This document shows, piece by piece, positions 59,876 through 64,000 of a stretch of 64,000 nt of DNA (position 1 is the stretch's first letter; each line of letters begins with the position of its first letter). A program made the translations under genes and the position numbers. The DNA lies in NCBI RefSeq assembly GCF_018977255.1, contig NW_024704743.1:74030001-74094000 (forward strand). The letters run 5' to 3'. This DNA is from Callorhinchus milii (Eukaryota). The notes under the pieces were generated by a model. The model saw only the letters and a program-made list of their open reading frames with translations. It was not told the DNA's origin and searched no databases.

Positions 59876-62789
59876 CAAAAGGTGGTGGCCCTCACAGGTA
59901 AATGTGGCAGATGCAAATTCCACTGAGCTTGATCTTTCTGCCTCTCTTCCCCCATTCTCTTTACAAAGCTCTATGCCAGGCACTATACCAAATGCAAAGA
60001 TTATTATTATTTGCAAATCGATCTATAAAAAAATGCCCACTTGTGGTCAACCTCGATCATCCAGCTTGAATTTGGCAAGGCTACACATGCTGTGCACATG
60101 CTTCTAAAAGATGTTTATGTTTCACTTCCATATTTGTTAACGTTTTACATTTTTAGCAAATGCAGTGCACCGTTGCTGTCGTGTGCTTCTTGTGAGCGGC
60201 CCAGATAGCATATTGTTTTGAGTATTCAATTAATCACGTGTACAATCCTCACATAAACTGCTTTCCTACAGAGTCGCAACAGGACTATCCTCCGCCCCAC
60301 TGAGACCCTGTTAGTTTTTAGAAATGTTTTTTCTTAAAAGAGCCCCAAAAAACCTGACAGAACCAATGCCCAGTTAACGTACTGTTAAACATGGCTGCTT
60401 CCCTTTGTGCTCTTCCATTAATGGCTACCACTGTCTAAAAAGGTATCTCCAACTGTGCCTAGAGTCATGCTCTGTGCAAATTGTTGTGAAAACATTTGAC
60501 TGCACTTTTGCTCTTCTCCTACCCAGCTCAGGGTTCCACTTATTCTCCGTAATTCTATGTGAAAGGCGCTATTTTAGCGCAAGTTGTTTGTTGTTCGCAT
60601 ACTTACTTCATAAATTTTCATCCCCTCTCTACATTTGGGTAGTGTGTTTTTGCCTTGGTGTCTCTTTCCCTGGCCCCTTCTCCAACTTCAGCAGTCAGTC
60701 TGAGCTGCCAACTTTCCTTCTTGAGCTGCCAGACTTAAGGTGAGACTGAGTGACTCCAGCACTGATCGCGTGCTGTTGAACTGAATTTGGGATACATCCT
60801 CTTGAAATCTGTAAAGTGCAGGAAAGGTCAAGTCCAAAGTGTGTTTTCAGGCACCACACTGCAAAAATAGTACACATACACTTCATGCTGAGGGCAATCA
60901 TTTTCTACATTAAAGTCGTTAACTATAAACGTACAGTTAAAAAAAGATTCTTACATCTGTTATAGCGACTTTCACATCAGGAGGAAGTTTCAAAGAGATG
61001 ACGATTTAGTGGAGTAAAGCAACTTTCTTGTTGAGTTTCATCAGACATCAACTGAGGGCTAAAAATCAAGCGATATTGTTGAAGGTTTGTAACTCAATCT
61101 TTAATTCAGAAATTGCTTGGGCTCAGCATAAATTGAATCAGAATAGAAGTATCCAAAAANGACACAACTGAAGTGTTTTCTAGTGCAAGGTCAGTGCATA
61201 AGGATATGGGCGGCAGTCAAAACTAAGCATTGCTGTGTACCATAAAATTGGATATGGCACTCCATTTGCCTGGCCTCCATTGTTGATTATTCTCTGTGTT
61301 CCTAAGTACCAGCTGTTTCTATTTGACTTTCTATTTTACTCTGCTCAGCGCGCTGTGCTAATGCTGTGCAAAGCTTGCTGAGGCCAAACTGAATCGGTGT
61401 TGCAATGTGATATCCAGCGCCTTGGGACGTCCTCCTGACGTGAAAGGCGCTATACAAATGTTGTTGTTGATATCAACAAAGTATCCACTCTTCCTGTGAA
61501 TATGACAAAAATAATCTTTTAAATCTAAAATAAGTGTATATTTGTGCATCTGTGCAAGTGTATGTATATGTGTGTCTGTGTGCATGTGTGAGAGGGAGGG
61601 AGAGACACATGCACATATATGTGTGTGTGATGTGCTTCTGTGTGGCACATGGATATGTGTGGTGGTATATGTGATTGTAGCCAATTTGTTAATCTAACTG
61701 GCTCTCGTCCTTTCGCCCACAAAATATACAGTCAATTCACTTTACAGTATATTTGAGACGTCTCGAAGACGTGATAAGGCGCTATATCAAATGCAAGGAT
61801 TATTTATTATTTTATGTGTTTTGTGTGTATTATATATAATATATATATTTAATGTGTGGTGGTGGTGTTCTCTCTCCTACAGTTTGCTTTTCTTGCAGCA
61901 TTGCCTGCTCAATTATGTAAGCTTATCGATATTTTGCTGAGCATTCCTCTATTTTCCAAGTGGCCACTGAGGAGAGCCAGTTAGATTGACAGATTGGCTG
62001 CAGTCGCATCTATCTCTCAAACTGCTTGCCATTAATTACAATCTACTTCCAAATCTCTCCTATTTGGAAGTGCGCTCTGATTCTCAATTTTAATCTGAGT
62101 TTAGGATGACCTTACATGCTCAAGCACTGTATTTGCATTTCATTTGCATTTTTAACCAAAAAAGGTTTAGGATCATTTAGCATTCAGCGTCAACATGAAA
62201 GCAGTGTCTCCTGCTGTCAAATGGGGAAGCACACCTCGGAACATTTCTTATTCCTTTAAGAATTTTTATATATAAGGCCTCGTTTTGTACAGCCAGTTAT
62301 TTCTCAGTCGTTCTGTTCCTAGCCTTTGAATCAAAGTCAGACCCATTTTTCCAGCAGTTGCATTTTTTTTTGTTTTCCTGACCCAATGTACTGAATTGCA
62401 TAGAATGAAACAGCACATGAGCCTCTACCCCCGCCACCCCCCCCATCATCGTCCCCCACTACACATATATAGCACCCTTCACGCCGGAAAGACATCCTAG
62501 GGGCACTGGACAATCAGGGGTTTGGGACCCAAGCTGGGAGATGGGATCAGCAGGGGTGGAGGGCAGGGGATGTGGATGTGGGAGGGCGGCTGAAGGCACG
62601 GTCGAAAAGGAAGGTCTGTCGCTATTTCCCTCGCCCTCATGCATGCATCAGCAGATGTAGGTCGACTAGATGTGGAAAAACCACACGTGATTCAAGTCAA
62701 CACTGTCACCCAGATCATCTTTGAAAGCAGTGGCGGCTGGTGACCTTTTTAACACAGTTCTTTAGGCAATCTATGAGTTTGTCATGGAA

Positions 62790-63184
62790 ACGGGCCCTTT
62801 GCCCACGTGCAATGTCTTGGCCTCTGTCTCCTGCTAGCCTCTGCTTCTTCACCAGTCCCACTCACTCGCTTGCCTTTCTCCCTCGCTGGCCTGCTCCAGG
62901 TCCCCCGCACTTCCCGCCCCACCATTGGTGGTTGAGCATTCAGGATCTCTGCCCCCGCACTCTGGAATTCTATCCCAGAATCCTTCCACCTCACCCCCTC
63001 TCTTGCCTCCTTCAAATCCCATCTACAGACCTTCCTTTTTGACCGTGCCTTCAGCCACCCTCCCACATTCACATCCCCTGCCCTCCACCCCTGCTAATCC
63101 CATCTCCCAGCTTAGGTCCCAAACCCCTGATTGTCCAGTGCCCCTAGGATGTCTTTCTGGCGTGAAGGGCATTATATATGTGTA
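62790..63184 (+). mobile_element. L2 LINE 3' fragment
   Basis: ccaccattggtggttgagcattcag..ctctggaattctatccc..ttcaaatcccatct..gaccgtgccttcagc..cgtgaagggcattatata. An inverted near-copy of its last 160 bp lies at 62460-62619. Confidence 0.8.
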
Positions 63185-64000
63185 ATAATAATAATAATAA
63201 TAATCCTTGCATTTGATATAGCGCTTTTCACGTCTGGAGGACGTCCCAAAGCGCTTCACAGAACACACTGTAGATTGTTGTTGTTGTCTCACCCAGTTTG
63301 TTCAGCTTCCACTTGCTGGTCCCACTTGTTTCCTGGAAGACCTTTTCACAGATTAGCATGTCCATGGCAGATCTTCCAAGAAAGAAACAAAAACTTGCAT
63401 TTTTATCACACCTCATCGTAGCAAGATGTTACCAAACTCCTCATAGTAATCGGGGGCAGTGTCTGTTTTTCTTCACAAACATGGCAGCCATTCATGCCAG
63501 CACAGTCTCATAAATAATAATTTGGTCATTCAATCACCGACTGTTTGTGGGACACTGCTGTGCACAATTGGCTGCCACATTTTATCCATAAAATACAGTC
63601 AATTTATTTAAAGTATATTCTGTGAAGCACTTTGAGATGTCTCAAAGACATAATAAGGAGCTATATCAAATGCAAGGATTATTATTATGAACTGCCTTGA
63701 GAGGAATGACCAAATAATCTATAGGATTATCAAGACTTTGAGTTGACAATATAGACACTTCAGTGTCTGGGTTCTCCAGTACTGGGGTTTCTGCTGCATT
63801 GTCGGAGGTGCCGTTAAACAAAGATGAATGAGATGTTAAACCAAGATCCAGTCTGCCTGTTCAGATGTATATTAAAGATTTGATGGTACTATTCAAAAAA
63901 AAAAGGGAGTTTCTCCTGGGTGTCAATCCCCCAAGTAACATTGACCATTCATGTTATGACTGTTTGTCCCAATAAGGGGGATTGAGCCCATAACTTTCTG

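Noticed and set aside
61160..61160. Single N base
   Set aside because: Assembly ambiguity or contig join; no biological meaning, though continuity across it is unverified.
56080..64000. FAM171A1 exon 6 (expected G.W.KSG.G.V...WTYIAPQLGYW-like)
   Set aside because: No such coding segment seen; presumably downstream of the window.

Overview
Repeat-rich vertebrate genomic DNA, most likely from a cartilaginous fish. The SINE/LINE content resembles holocephalans such as the elephant shark; this is an inference from repeat families, not a database match. One protein-coding gene is visible: four internal coding exons (exons 2-5) of FAM171A1 on the + strand at 38211-38438, 44654-44746, 48742-48900 and 55903-56079. 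All have canonical AG/GT sites, all are phase 1-1, and they splice into a stop-free 219-codon frame. Exon 1 and exon 6 onward were not found, so 1-38210 is probably intron 1. The rest is dominated by retroelements: a 5'-truncated CR1 LINE plus older CR1 fragments, about 20 L2-type LINE 3' ends, an old tRNA-derived DeuSINE family (SacSINE1-like), a younger chimeric tRNA-derived SINE with several subfamilies, and a decayed Vingi/Ingi-like LINE fragment. Other structure includes an unclassified ~250-bp repeat (5 copies, with a terminal hairpin), a perfect 17-bp hairpin, a palindromic MITE-like element, near-identical inverted repeats and nested insertions. I see no prokaryote-type system and no second gene. 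Repeat coordinates are approximate (read by eye); exon coordinates were counted exactly.
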